This document shows, piece after piece, positions 1 through 9,426 of a stretch of 64,000 nt of DNA (positions are counted from its first letter, which is position 1; each line of letters opens with the position of its first letter). Below the pieces are notes generated by a model. It saw nothing but the letters and a program-made list of their open reading frames with translations. It made no database searches and was not told the DNA's origin. The translations under genes were made by a program, and so were the position numbers. The DNA is taken from NCBI GenBank assembly GCA_003345545.1, contig PRDH01000019.1, positions 24,129 to 88,128 on the forward strand. Direction: 5' to 3'. Source of the DNA: Candidatus Thorarchaeota archaeon. GTDB taxonomy: Archaea; Asgardarchaeota; Thorarchaeia; Thorarchaeales; Thorarchaeaceae.

Positions 1-1138
1 CATAGACCTGAAGCAGTATGATCATTGCACCCTCAAATAGGTCCAGCTTTTGGTCGTCGGTAATCGCCCGTTTTAGAAACCACAGACTTCCTGCTATGAC
101 AATGATTTGAAAGAGCACATACCTGTCCAAGGGGATGAGGACAAACATCCCAATTCCGCCCATGACCAGCAAGACAATCTGAAGAACACCTCCAATGAGG
201 TTTCCAATTGCCAGACCTACTTTCCCTTTCGCCGCTGCAATTAATGCAATCCCATGTTCTGGCAATGCTCCAGCAGCGCCTAATATGAGGGCAGCAATTG
301 CCACGTGATTGATTCCTAGAGCTGAAACGGACTCGCTGAAGCGATCAAGAAACAACTCGACAGAATCTGTCAGAATCTCGCCAGCAAGGAATATGCCTAT
401 GAATCCCATCAGTGCCAAGACCAGAGCACTCCTCTTCCTATGAGAAGGCTGTGCCTTCCCAGTGGTATCAGTCACACCACCCTTAGCTAATGCTCCCGTG
501 TAAATGATGTATGATAGGAATAACGTAAACGAAGCGACCGCTGGGAATTTTGGATTCAGAGGAGAGTCTGGACCGACCATGTCCAGGATTCCCAAGGCGA
601 ACATGCTGATTAGAGCAACGATAGTCCACCTGATTAGCACAGAGTCTTTCCTGATTGCCTCCTCTGGCACTTTCAAGGGCCCTGATTTTCGAGTGGATAT
701 GATTATTGTCACTCCTAGGAGCAGCATGTTGAATCCTGCTGCAATTAGAACAGACAAGACAGCAATATCCTGCAAATCGGGTTGATTGTTCGTCCAACCT
801 GTATACGCAGCTATTCCGCTAATGACTGCCTCAGGCATGTTGCTTGCGAGGCTTGAAAGTATTCCTGCCATGTAGGCAGTGTAACCCAGATATCCTGCGG
901 CACTCTCAATGCCCTCAACAGCCCATTCTGAGGGTCTGAACGCCAGCCAAATCCCAACAAGAAATCCAAGAGAGAGAACCAATACCGGTTCAATCCCTGC
1001 CAGTCTCAAGTAGAAGTAGACAACCAGTAGACCAATAACCACAGCAAATTCTTTCTTTCCTGCAACGAGCGAATCTCTGACTCCATGCAGGTGAGGCTGA
1101 TCGTTGTCTGCAGACTCGATGATTGATGGTTCCCCCAT
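1..1138 (-). CDS. Ca2+/cation antiporter (CaCA family), truncated by window edge
   Basis: Read manually (absent from the ORF track because it runs off the edge): ATG at 1138, MGEPSIIES..., hydrophobic, with alpha-1-like 'AGILSSLASNMPEA' and alpha-2-like 'GAAGALPEHGIALIAAAKGKVGLAIGNLIG' repeats. Confidence 0.8.
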   Translation of the reverse strand, partial: MGEPSIIESADNDQPHLHGVRDSLVAGKKEFAVVIGLLVVYFYLRLAGIEPVLVLSLGFLVGIWLAFRPSEWAVEGIESAAGYLGYTAYMAGILSSLASNMPEAVISGIAAYTGWTNNQPDLQDIAVLSVLIAAGFNMLLLGVTIIISTRKSGPLKVPEEAIRKDSVLIRWTIVALISMFALGILDMVGPDSPLNPKFPAVASFTLFLSYIIYTGALAKGGVTDTTGKAQPSHRKRSALVLALMGFIGIFLAGEILTDSVELFLDRFSESVSALGINHVAIAALILGAAGALPEHGIALIAAAKGKVGLAIGNLIGGVLQIVLLVMGGIGMFVLIPLDRYVLFQIIVIAGSLWFLKRAITDDQKLDLFEGAMIILLQVY

Positions 1139-1210
1139 GAATCTTCGTTGAGGACTTTCTCTCCACAGATTCACACGGGTTTTTAATGATGGCGATTATT
1201 CATAGCGCTC

Positions 1211-2377
1211 TCATTTGAGATTCGTATATCGGGCTCCGCTCCCAGTATTGAGAAGAATGACATCTTCGTCAAAATCAATCGTACCTGCATCGATGAGATT
1301 CCTCAGGCCTGCAATCCCGACTGCACTCTCAGGACAGATATCCAATCCCTCCAACCTCGCAACCATGCGTCGGATTGGTTCGATGTCATGTTCCGCTACT
1401 GCTACAGCTCCGCCGCCTGAGTTTCTTATGGCGTTGAGAATCTGCCTTCCAGCGAAAGGACTGGGCACACGAAGACCGAGTGCCATGGTCTTTCCGTTCA
1501 CCCAGGGCTCCAGATTGTCTGTTCCCTTCTCTATCGCTCGCACAACGGGAGCACATCCACCACTCTGGGCAGCATATATTCTTGGACGTTCACTTCCTAC
1601 AAGGCCCAGAGTTTCAAGCTCCTCAAATGCTTTCCAAATGCCGATGATTGCTGTTCCACCACCAGTAGGACAGACTATTGCATCGGGGACCGACCAACCC
1701 ATCTGCTCAGAGATTTCAAAACCAAGAGTCTTTTTTCCTTCTACTCTGTAGGGCTCCTTTGTTGTTGAAAGGTCTGTCCAATCACCGTTTCTTTTCCTCA
1801 TTTCTTGTCCTGCGTCTGATATTGTACCGCGCACTCGAACTGTTTCGGCACCGAACAGCTCGCACTGTGTAAAGAAAGGTTCAGGAGTATCATCCGGCAT
1901 GAAGATGTGCGCTGACACTCCAGCAGCCGCGCTATATGCGCTCGCAGACACAGCGGCATTGCCAGCTGAAGGCAGGGCGAAGCTCTTCGCTCCGAGTTCA
2001 AGGCTCTTGGATATAGCTGCGCTGAGTCCCCTATCCTTGAAACTCCCTGTTGGATTTTGGGCTTCATCCTTGATTCTCAGCATCCTGAGACCCAAGTGCT
2101 TTCCCAGCTGTCTTGATAGCAGAAGTGGTGTCCATCCTTCACCAAGACTAATGACGTAAGATGGGGACTTCACAGGCAGAAGTTGTGAATATCTCCACAT
2201 CGAGTTAAGGTCTGAAGGGAACTCTCCGGAATCAATCTCCTCTTGGACGCTGCCCGTGTCATATACTGCAAACAGGGGTGATCCACAGACGCAATATGTG
2301 CTGAGGTGGTCAGCAGAGTGCTCTCTTCTGCATTGCGGACATTTAAGGTGCGATATATGAGAGATCAATGAGTTCAC
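1211..2377 (-). CDS. thrC: Threonine synthase (PLP fold type II)
   Basis: N-terminal CPQC..CVCG, SLGEGWTPL, NPTGSFKDRG (PLP Lys), SAGNAA, EGKKT, PTGGGT. Confidence 0.88.
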   Translation of the reverse strand: MNSLISHISHLKCPQCRREHSADHLSTYCVCGSPLFAVYDTGSVQEEIDSGEFPSDLNSMWRYSQLLPVKSPSYVISLGEGWTPLLLSRQLGKHLGLRMLRIKDEAQNPTGSFKDRGLSAAISKSLELGAKSFALPSAGNAAVSASAYSAAAGVSAHIFMPDDTPEPFFTQCELFGAETVRVRGTISDAGQEMRKRNGDWTDLSTTKEPYRVEGKKTLGFEISEQMGWSVPDAIVCPTGGGTAIIGIWKAFEELETLGLVGSERPRIYAAQSGGCAPVVRAIEKGTDNLEPWVNGKTMALGLRVPSPFAGRQILNAIRNSGGGAVAVAEHDIEPIRRMVARLEGLDICPESAVGIAGLRNLIDAGTIDFDEDVILLNTGSGARYTNLK

Positions 2378-2493
2378 CTGAACTTAGATTACATGATATT
2401 CCGTGCAGTTGTACATAAGCATGTAGGATTGATTGAATGAACACCCTTATTTGTTGTATAGGCGTTCTTCTGCTCTGAGAGTATTCGGACGGG

Positions 2494-3699
2494 ATGTATC
2501 TGGGCGAGCTCAAGCGGATAACGTTGCCCTTCACAGCCATCGTCGGCCTAGAAAAGCTAAAGCTAGCCCTACTTCTAAACGGTGTGAATCCTTCTATCGG
2601 AGGCGTGCTCATCTCAGGTCCGAAAGGTACAGGGAAGACGACTGTTGTTCGAGCACTTGCTGATCTGCTCCCTGAAGTCGATGTGGTGAAAGACTGTCGT
2701 TTTGGCTGCAATCCGAGTACTCCGGATTTCTTCTGCGAAGAATGCAAGTCTCGTGTGTCAGGTGGTGCAGCGCTTGAATCTACCAGACGGAAGATGCGGG
2801 TTGTGAATCTGCCTCTATCGACCACTGAGGATCGCCTTATTGGTGCATTAGACATCGAGCAAGTCCTTCAGGAGGGGATTCGTGCACTCAAACCAGGGAT
2901 ACTTGCCGATGCGCATCGAAATGTTCTGTATGTTGATGAAGTGAACCTATTGCCAGATCACCTCGTTGATGACTTCCTCGATGCCGCTGCGACAAAGGTC
3001 AACACGATTGAACGCGAAGGAATCTCTATTTCGCATCCCTCGGACTTTGTCCTTATAGGCACAATGAACCCAGAAGAAGGCGAGCTCCGACCGCAGCTAT
3101 TAGATCGATTCGCTCTCCATGTTGCAATTGGCTCGAATCACTCAATCGAAGAACGGATGGAGCTTGTAAGAAGGAATCTTGAGTTTGAGAGAGACCCAGA
3201 TGGATTTCGTGCACGCTGGTCGGATGCTCAGCAAGAGATGCGAGAAAGGGTCGTTCGTGCCAAAGAATCACTGGAAAGCGTAGAGCTAGACGATACGAAC
3301 CTACGCGCCATAGCAATGGCCTGTGATGCATTAGAAGTCGATGGTGTTCGACCGGACATTGTGATTAGCAAGACAGCAATTACACATGCCGCATTTCAAG
3401 GCCGCGCACAGGTCACTCTTGAAGACATGAAGCTTGCTTCGCAACTCGCCTTAAGTCATAGAACTCGTAGAGGTGGTCTCTTGGAGCCTCCCTCTTCTGA
3501 CGATATTGATCGGGCAATAACAAAAGCGGTAGAAATTGCAAAGAAGAATGACCGCAGGAAATCACCCACTGAAGTTCCGAAGGAGGATGAAGAGCCCGCT
3601 GAGCAAGGAGAGCGGCGAAGCGGAGGTCGCTTTGGCCGGCAATCAAGCTTTGCTCAATTCGAAAGACAGGAGGGCAAAAAAAAACTCCCGGAAAAATAA
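2494..3699 (+). CDS. Mg/Co-chelatase ChlI/BchI-like AAA+ ATPase (N-terminal part of a frameshifted chlD-like gene)
   Basis: PFTAIVG, Walker [20 protein letters not shown], Walker [30 protein letters not shown]. Confidence 0.92.
   Translation: MYLGELKRITLPFTAIVGLEKLKLALLLNGVNPSIGGVLISGPKGTGKTTVVRALADLLPEVDVVKDCRFGCNPSTPDFFCEECKSRVSGGAALESTRRKMRVVNLPLSTTEDRLIGALDIEQVLQEGIRALKPGILADAHRNVLYVDEVNLLPDHLVDDFLDAAATKVNTIEREGISISHPSDFVLIGTMNPEEGELRPQLLDRFALHVAIGSNHSIEERMELVRRNLEFERDPDGFRARWSDAQQEMRERVVRAKESLESVELDDTNLRAIAMACDALEVDGVRPDIVISKTAITHAAFQGRAQVTLEDMKLASQLALSHRTRRGGLLEPPSSDDIDRAITKAVEIAKKNDRRKSPTEVPKEDEEPAEQGERRSGGRFGRQSSFAQFERQEGKKKLPEK
3675..3684 (+). promoter_or_regulatory. Putative -1 frameshift / transcriptional slippage site C AAA AAA AAA
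   Basis: Nine A's (3676-3684) four codons before the TAA of the AAA ORF; the -1 frame is continuous into the VWA ORF. Confidence 0.7.
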
Positions 3700-3740
3700 G
3701 AAATCCAGAGGGGAATCCCATCAAGGGCACAATATGTGCG

Positions 3741-5174
3741 GTGATGATGGTCGTTGTCTTCAGCTATTTTCTCTGGATTTTTGTAAGTCCGTTGAATTGG
3801 CTGTTTGGTTCCTGGATTCTTGAGTTTCCTCCTCTCCATGTCATCATTATTGACACCATCGTCTATATCCCTCTTATCTGGCGACTCGTTAGGAAATGGC
3901 TTGAAGTCATGACCCGGCGAAAGGGCGGACCTACAGCTGGAATCGACACAGTGGAACCAGGTCGCGCCTTGCCTGAATCTGGTGATGAGTGGGGACTTGC
4001 GACAAGACCCTATGTTCCAGAAAAGCCGAGTCTGATTACAGGACCAAAATCCGACATTAGAGAGTCTCCTTTTGGGCTGAACGATGATTTCTTTGTCAAA
4101 ATGCCCGATATCGACACGGGAGAGGAGATCTTCGATAATGAAAAGCTCCGGATGAGAGCCATGATTCGTTCTAGAGTCACAACTGGGAACTGGATCAACA
4201 AACGAGTAGGTTCACGAGCAATGGGGTCTTTGAAGTCCTCAGGTGCAGTGAAACACGGACGGCCTATCCGCTCCCGAATGCCTAACCGAGAAATCGAGAG
4301 CATACATGTTACTTCAACAGTACTTGCAGCAATTGCTAGAACCGGCGATGCACAGCATTTGCCAATTCGAATCACGCGTGGTGACCTTCGTGAGAACATG
4401 TTCGCTGGCAGGTGCCCTCTAACGATTATTCTTGTCATCGACGTAAGCCTATCAATGAAGGGCAGCATGGAGGAAGTCAGGCAGCTTCTCGAACGCATTG
4501 AAGGCGAAACACGTGGTTCCAAGGACCGGACCGGAATCATAGCCTTCAAGGATAGCGGAGCCGTGGAAGTTCAGGCTCCTACAACCAATTGGAATAAGAT
4601 CTACAGAGCTCTGGGCCGACTGAGGATATCTGGTCTGACACCGCTTGCAGACGCTCTCCGAAAGGCGTTTGAAACTATCCAGAGAGAGCGAATGAGGAAT
4701 CCTGATATCGAGCCTTTTGTCATGATTATCTCAGATTTCTCACCAAATATCCCGCTAGCTCAGTCCGTCGGACCCGGTGACAGTCAGTATACACCCGTGC
4801 AAGATCTCATCAGGACTTCTAGAATGATGCGCAAGGCGAAGATTCGCTTCGCCGCTATCAATGTTGACCCGGAGCAGAGTAGATGGCCAAGATTCCTTAA
4901 GCGTCCTTATCATGAAGCGCTCGAACTAGCAGCAATGCTTAGAGCCAGGAAGGACGGTCTTGATGATCCAATCGAAGCAGTTCTTGCAGTGGACGAGTTT
5001 AGGAGGTCTTTCGGTGCCTATCTCGTAGCTAGGGCCGGTGGCGGTCGAGCACACCTTTCACGAGAGCTCATGAAGGAGAAATCGATACTTCGGACTCTCT
5101 TGCATACTGGTAGAACTAGAACACGACTTCGTGAGGAAGACCTGAGTGAGATTGAAGCATATCTTCCAAAATGA
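3741..5174 (+). CDS. ChlD-like VWA-domain protein with N-terminal TM hairpin; probably reached by -1 frameshift from the upstream AAA ORF
   Basis: MIDAS DVSLSM, G-L-T-P-L-A, IISD; the reading frame is -1 relative to 2494 and is open back to 3603, spanning the A9 run. Confidence 0.85.
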   Translation: MMMVVVFSYFLWIFVSPLNWLFGSWILEFPPLHVIIIDTIVYIPLIWRLVRKWLEVMTRRKGGPTAGIDTVEPGRALPESGDEWGLATRPYVPEKPSLITGPKSDIRESPFGLNDDFFVKMPDIDTGEEIFDNEKLRMRAMIRSRVTTGNWINKRVGSRAMGSLKSSGAVKHGRPIRSRMPNREIESIHVTSTVLAAIARTGDAQHLPIRITRGDLRENMFAGRCPLTIILVIDVSLSMKGSMEEVRQLLERIEGETRGSKDRTGIIAFKDSGAVEVQAPTTNWNKIYRALGRLRISGLTPLADALRKAFETIQRERMRNPDIEPFVMIISDFSPNIPLAQSVGPGDSQYTPVQDLIRTSRMMRKAKIRFAAINVDPEQSRWPRFLKRPYHEALELAAMLRARKDGLDDPIEAVLAVDEFRRSFGAYLVARAGGGRAHLSRELMKEKSILRTLLHTGRTRTRLREEDLSEIEAYLPK

Positions 5175-5357
5175 TTGCACGGTTTTGCACTCGCGATTAG
5201 ATTATTAACGGGGGCAGTGTTCTTGACATATGCGCATGGCTGATAGATGTCTTCTGTCATAGTGAGCGAGGAGAGCCCCGTACGGGTTTCTGTGAATTTG
5301 CTTTTCATGCACCAGACACAAGTCGTGCGCACCCTTCAAAACAGAGGAGTTCAATGA

Positions 5358-6368
5358 ATGCTTCCGGGTAAAGTTCCACCAGATATTCTCAAGAAGATAG
5401 TGTTCTCTCACCTCGGTGTTCTGGACCCCAGTGTTCTACTCGGGCCGCGTCTTGGAGAGGATGCATCTCTCATTCAGATTGGGGACAAGGTGATTGTCGT
5501 GTCAACTGATCCTATCACTGGGTCAGTAGAGGATATTGGATGGCTGGTGGTTCATGTCAACGCGAATGATATCGCCACCTTTGGCGTGGCTCCGAGATGG
5601 TTGTTGGTTTCAATCATGCTACCCAGCGGCTACAAACCGCTGGAGTTAGCGAAAATAATGAAGCAAATAGATGAAGCCTCGAGGGAGCTAGGTATTGCCG
5701 TCGTAGGCGGTCACTCAGAAGTAACAGAGCGAATAGACCAGCCCATCATCGTTGGTTTCATGATGGGTGCCACTGAGAAGGATAATTATGTCACAGCTAG
5801 TGGTGCGCGAACTGGGGATGCAATACTCCTGACCAAGACTGTGGCCATTGAAGGTACTGCTATTCTTGCAACTGATGGATATGCAACACTCTCTAAGAGC
5901 ATCAGCGTTGACGTCATAAGAAAAGGTCGCAAACTCAGAGAGCAAATCAGTGTAGTCAAAGATGGCGTTGTCGCTTTTGCGACTGGGCATGTTCATGCAA
6001 TGCACGATCCCACTGAGGGGGGTCTCGCAGGCGGAATTCATGAACTGTGTGATGCCAGCCATGTTGGTTTCGAGATTAGAAGCGATGACATTCCCATCGG
6101 CAGTCCGACAAAACGAATCTGCGAAACTCTCGAGATCAATCCCCTTGAGTTGATAAGTAGTGGTTCCATGATTGTGAGCTGTGCTGCTGAGAATGCGAAT
6201 GAAGTAATACGTGCGCTTGAATCGGAAGGAATAGCAGCGACACGCATAGGAACAATAGTGAGCGACCCAGATCATCGCAAGATTCTGATTAGTGGTTCAT
6301 TAGTTGATATGCCTCGACCCAAGAGCGATGCGCTATGGACGGCGCTCAAGAAAGTTACTCCTTCATGA
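5358..6368 (+). CDS. AIR synthase-related / HypE-like protein (PurM superfamily)
   Basis: PGKVPP, GEDAS, STDPIT, NANDIA, VGGHSE, MHDPTEGGL, ISSGSM. Confidence 0.85.
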   Translation: MLPGKVPPDILKKIVFSHLGVLDPSVLLGPRLGEDASLIQIGDKVIVVSTDPITGSVEDIGWLVVHVNANDIATFGVAPRWLLVSIMLPSGYKPLELAKIMKQIDEASRELGIAVVGGHSEVTERIDQPIIVGFMMGATEKDNYVTASGARTGDAILLTKTVAIEGTAILATDGYATLSKSISVDVIRKGRKLREQISVVKDGVVAFATGHVHAMHDPTEGGLAGGIHELCDASHVGFEIRSDDIPIGSPTKRICETLEINPLELISSGSMIVSCAAENANEVIRALESEGIAATRIGTIVSDPDHRKILISGSLVDMPRPKSDALWTALKKVTPS

Positions 6369-7134
6369 ATCTCTTTAATCGGTCAATCTCCTCATCATGG
6401 ATGAACTCAATTTTCACCGGCGAAAGTGCGATATTGTTGTTGACCGAAACTTCGTAGGCATCAGTTCCTCTAGGCGCCTCCTGTTCAATGCCTAGATACC
6501 AATAGTACGGCCGGCCATTTGGATCAAGCCTGCGTTCCACCTCGTTATGCATCCGAACCTTTGTCGGTTTTGTGATTACTACCTTGCTCTTTTCTGACAA
6601 TTCGCCGGGAAAGTTCAGATTCAGAAGATCAACACCTTGGGGCATTCCTCTGTCCAATACTCTCATCACAAGGTCTCGCGTGATTTCGCAGATCTTGCTG
6701 CAGTCCTGCGTTGTCCCTGTTGAGTCAAACCACTCTTCGGGTATTGCTTGGCGTGATACTGCAATGGCTGGTATTCCGCGCAGTGCAGCCTCGAAGGCGG
6801 CTCCCACCGTTCCACTTGTTAGCATACTCTGATACCCGACATTCGCGCCTGTGTTTATTCCTGATACAAGCAGACCTATGTCTTTGTAGAATGACGCTGC
6901 AAGTATGATGGAGTCTGCGGGCATTCCATCGTGAGTCACAAAACTGTATCCATTTATGGTATGCTGCTCGGTGATTCGAATCGGCCTTGTCAATGTGAGG
7001 GCCTTTCCAGAAGCACTCTTCTGGACATCCGGAACCATGACAAAGAGTTCGACCTCTCTACTCAGTACTTCAGCGAGTTTTAGTAGTCCCTCACTGCGGG
7101 GTCCATCATCGTTAGTCAGACACACTCTCGGCAA
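6355..7134 (-). CDS. surE: 5'/3'-nucleotidase SurE
   Basis: LTNDDG, SASG, GMPADS, VSGINTGANVG, SGTVGAAFEA; TTG start. Confidence 0.93.
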   Translation of the reverse strand: MPRVCLTNDDGPRSEGLLKLAEVLSREVELFVMVPDVQKSASGKALTLTRPIRITEQHTINGYSFVTHDGMPADSIILAASFYKDIGLLVSGINTGANVGYQSMLTSGTVGAAFEAALRGIPAIAVSRQAIPEEWFDSTGTTQDCSKICEITRDLVMRVLDRGMPQGVDLLNLNFPGELSEKSKVVITKPTKVRMHNEVERRLDPNGRPYYWYLGIEQEAPRGTDAYEVSVNNNIALSPVKIEFIHDEEIDRLKRFMKE

Positions 7135-7259
7135 TCAGCATTACTCCAGTTTTGGAATCAACTGATTGTACTATGACTTCTTGATAAGAATAATGATATG
7201 AAAAAGAGAGGGCTGTGAGAGCACAACTGCTCTCACTCCCGGCATCAGAGTGCTTCCCT

Positions 7260-7430
7260 CTACAAGTCGTAGGGCTTGAGCGTCTTACGCTTGTTTTCAT
7301 TTGTTCTGACAGCGGCGGCACCAAGGATCTCACCGATTTTCTTATCGAGAGCCCCGTAGAAATCACCGCTCACTTGAAGGTTCTTTTTCTTAGCAAAGTC
7401 TTGAATTGCTTTCTTAACGACAAAACTCAT
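7260..7430 (-). CDS. Short histone-fold protein, face-to-face (HTkC-like) type, 56 aa
   Basis: MSFVVKKAIQDFAKKKNLQVSGDFYGALDKKIGEILGAAAVRTNENKRKTLKPYDL; RKTxxxxD with truncated alpha3; SD GGAGGT upstream of ATG 7430 (the ORF-track 125-aa version is over-extended). Confidence 0.85.
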   Translation of the reverse strand: MSFVVKKAIQDFAKKKNLQVSGDFYGALDKKIGEILGAAAVRTNENKRKTLKPYDL

Positions 7431-7475
7431 CTTCTGTGTTACCTCCGTAGAGTGCCCTAGATGGCCCCTAAGTCG

Positions 7476-7482
7476 TATATAA
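7476..7482 (-). promoter_or_regulatory. Putative TATA box of the short histone gene
   Basis: TTATATA on the minus strand about 46 nt upstream of ATG 7430. Confidence 0.5.
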
Positions 7483-7777
7483 GGCTTTACAGAAAAGTCA
7501 CTTCTTGGGCGCCTTTTGCCTGTTTTGATGGATTTGCGCATTTTCAGCAATTGGGTCGATGAATATACAGCGAGATGCTTCAGCATCACTCGCTCGGCCC
7601 CTAGGACAATGATAGCATCCCACTGATTCCTCCGCAATAATCTCTTTTGAAGACCGTTGAAATACAGTGGTTCGAGTTTCGCTTCTAAGAGAGCCTGATA
7701 ATGGGTTTCTCAAAACATCTAAAAGACACAGTCGTCAAATCAACTCTAGAGCATTAATGTCAAGGTGAGATCGAAGC

Positions 7778-8560
7778 ATGAGGTATGCGCATGGAATCAT
7801 CTTTGGTGCGATTATTCCGGGCATCATTTTCTTGGGAGCCGCCGTTATCAAAATCGCTGGCATCGGTGCTGACGCACTCACTGTGGATGCTCTCTGGGAT
7901 ACCTATGTAGTGTGGTTCCTCATAAGCATCATTTTTCCGATTAGTCTCCTCCTTATGATACGCTTCGCAAGAAGAGATCTCTTCAGGGAGGTCCTGATCT
8001 TTATGGCCGGAGGCTTCTTCTTCTTCTCCCCTCTCTGGCTGTTTTTTGCTACAGAGATTTCAGGTGACTCTTGGACGGATCTATTGCTGAAAGGAGTCAC
8101 TCGCGGACTGATAGGCCCCGGGCCGGGCACCACGATTATCGGGATTGATATTAGCAATGTGTTTCTAGTGCCCTTTCTGATTCTGTCGATGATTCTTGGA
8201 GTGGTCTTTCTTAATCCCTCCTTCGTTGCAAAGCACACTGGTCCTATGGAACTGCCAGAGCTTACTGCATTGAAAGAAACAGCCCTGGGATCGGAGGAGG
8301 ACTCGTTTGAAGCCGAGATGCCAGATGTAACTCCCCCAACGACGACTGTCGACAGTGTAGCAGCCCTCAGAGATGTCTTGATTGAGTTGGGCACGACGGA
8401 TCCCGTGATCAATCTCATTCTCAACTCGGGGATTGGAACCATTACTGACCTTGTTGCTACAGGCCCGGACCAACTCTCGAATATCTCTGGACTTGACAGA
8501 CACGCAGCTGAGAACCTTCTGATCTCGGTGCAGAAGCGACTCTGGTTCAGTGATATTTAG
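7778..8560 (+). CDS. Multi-pass membrane protein with acidic linker and C-terminal helix-hairpin-helix domain
   Basis: About 4 hydrophobic segments, then GIGTITDLV...LSNISGLDRHAAENL (HhH-like). Confidence 0.7.
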   Translation: MRYAHGIIFGAIIPGIIFLGAAVIKIAGIGADALTVDALWDTYVVWFLISIIFPISLLLMIRFARRDLFREVLIFMAGGFFFFSPLWLFFATEISGDSWTDLLLKGVTRGLIGPGPGTTIIGIDISNVFLVPFLILSMILGVVFLNPSFVAKHTGPMELPELTALKETALGSEEDSFEAEMPDVTPPTTTVDSVAALRDVLIELGTTDPVINLILNSGIGTITDLVATGPDQLSNISGLDRHAAENLLISVQKRLWFSDI

Positions 8561-9309
8561 TTACGCGATGGTTCCAGAGATACTAGCGCATCAAGCGCAA
8601 TTATTACAAGGTCATCGATGGGCGGTTTTCCCACAATCTTCGCTTCCTTGGCTACATTCTCGCCGATTACAACACAAGCACAGCCTACTCTGACTCCCCG
8701 AAGATGACCAATCACGAACAGGGCTGCTGACTCCATTTCTGTCGCCAAGACTCCGGCCTTTCTCAATGTAGACCATCTCTGACGCATCTTATCATCTTCC
8801 GCGACATAAGATGGATGCTCGCTATAGAACGCGTCCTTGCTGTGTCCGATACCGACATGGTATCTCACATGTCTCTTCTCGGCTGCACGGTCGAGCGCTC
8901 TCACTACTTCTGGATGAGCAATTGCAGGGAATTCGATCGGTGCATATTGACGCGAGGTTCCGTCATCCCGGACAGAGCCACTGAAGATGACTATGTCTCC
9001 TGTCGTGACTTTATTGCTGATTGCTCCGGAGGTACCAACTCGAATGAAGGTCTTGCAGCCGACTTTGACTAGCTCCTCAAGAGCTATGGCCGCAGAAGGA
9101 CAGCCTATGCCCGTTGAGCAGACTCCAATAGGAATGCCTTTCCACGTTCCACTAAAACTCCAGTATTCACGTCGCTTGGCAATCTGAGATGGAGTATCAA
9201 GGAATTCTTCGGCTATCTTCTTTGCACGATCAGGGTCTCCAGGTAGCAAGACTAGTTCTGGAATCTCTCCTCGGGCAATCCCAATGTGATATTCCTTCTC
9301 AGATTCCAT
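8557..9309 (-). CDS. udp: Uridine/nucleoside phosphorylase (NP-I family)
   Basis: YHIG, LPGDPDRA, RREY, STGIGCPS, IRVGTSG, ATEMESA; likely start MESEKEY at 9309. Confidence 0.9.
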   Translation of the reverse strand: MESEKEYHIGIARGEIPELVLLPGDPDRAKKIAEEFLDTPSQIAKRREYWSFSGTWKGIPIGVCSTGIGCPSAAIALEELVKVGCKTFIRVGTSGAISNKVTTGDIVIFSGSVRDDGTSRQYAPIEFPAIAHPEVVRALDRAAEKRHVRYHVGIGHSKDAFYSEHPSYVAEDDKMRQRWSTLRKAGVLATEMESAALFVIGHLRGVRVGCACVVIGENVAKEAKIVGKPPIDDLVIIALDALVSLEPSRN

Positions 9310-9426
9310 GACAAGACCACAAGCGAGGGATACTGAGCGTGAGAAAAGGATTTCGTAATATACCCCAAGTACATTGCACTCGAAAAGGGCCACTTCCGCG
9401 ATTCCCGACGATATTGATGGGAATCA

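Noticed and set aside
5358-6368. Possible selenophosphate synthetase SelD
   Set aside because: Lacks the N-terminal Cys/Sec-x-x-Lys motif; fits the generic AIR-synthase/HypE-like family
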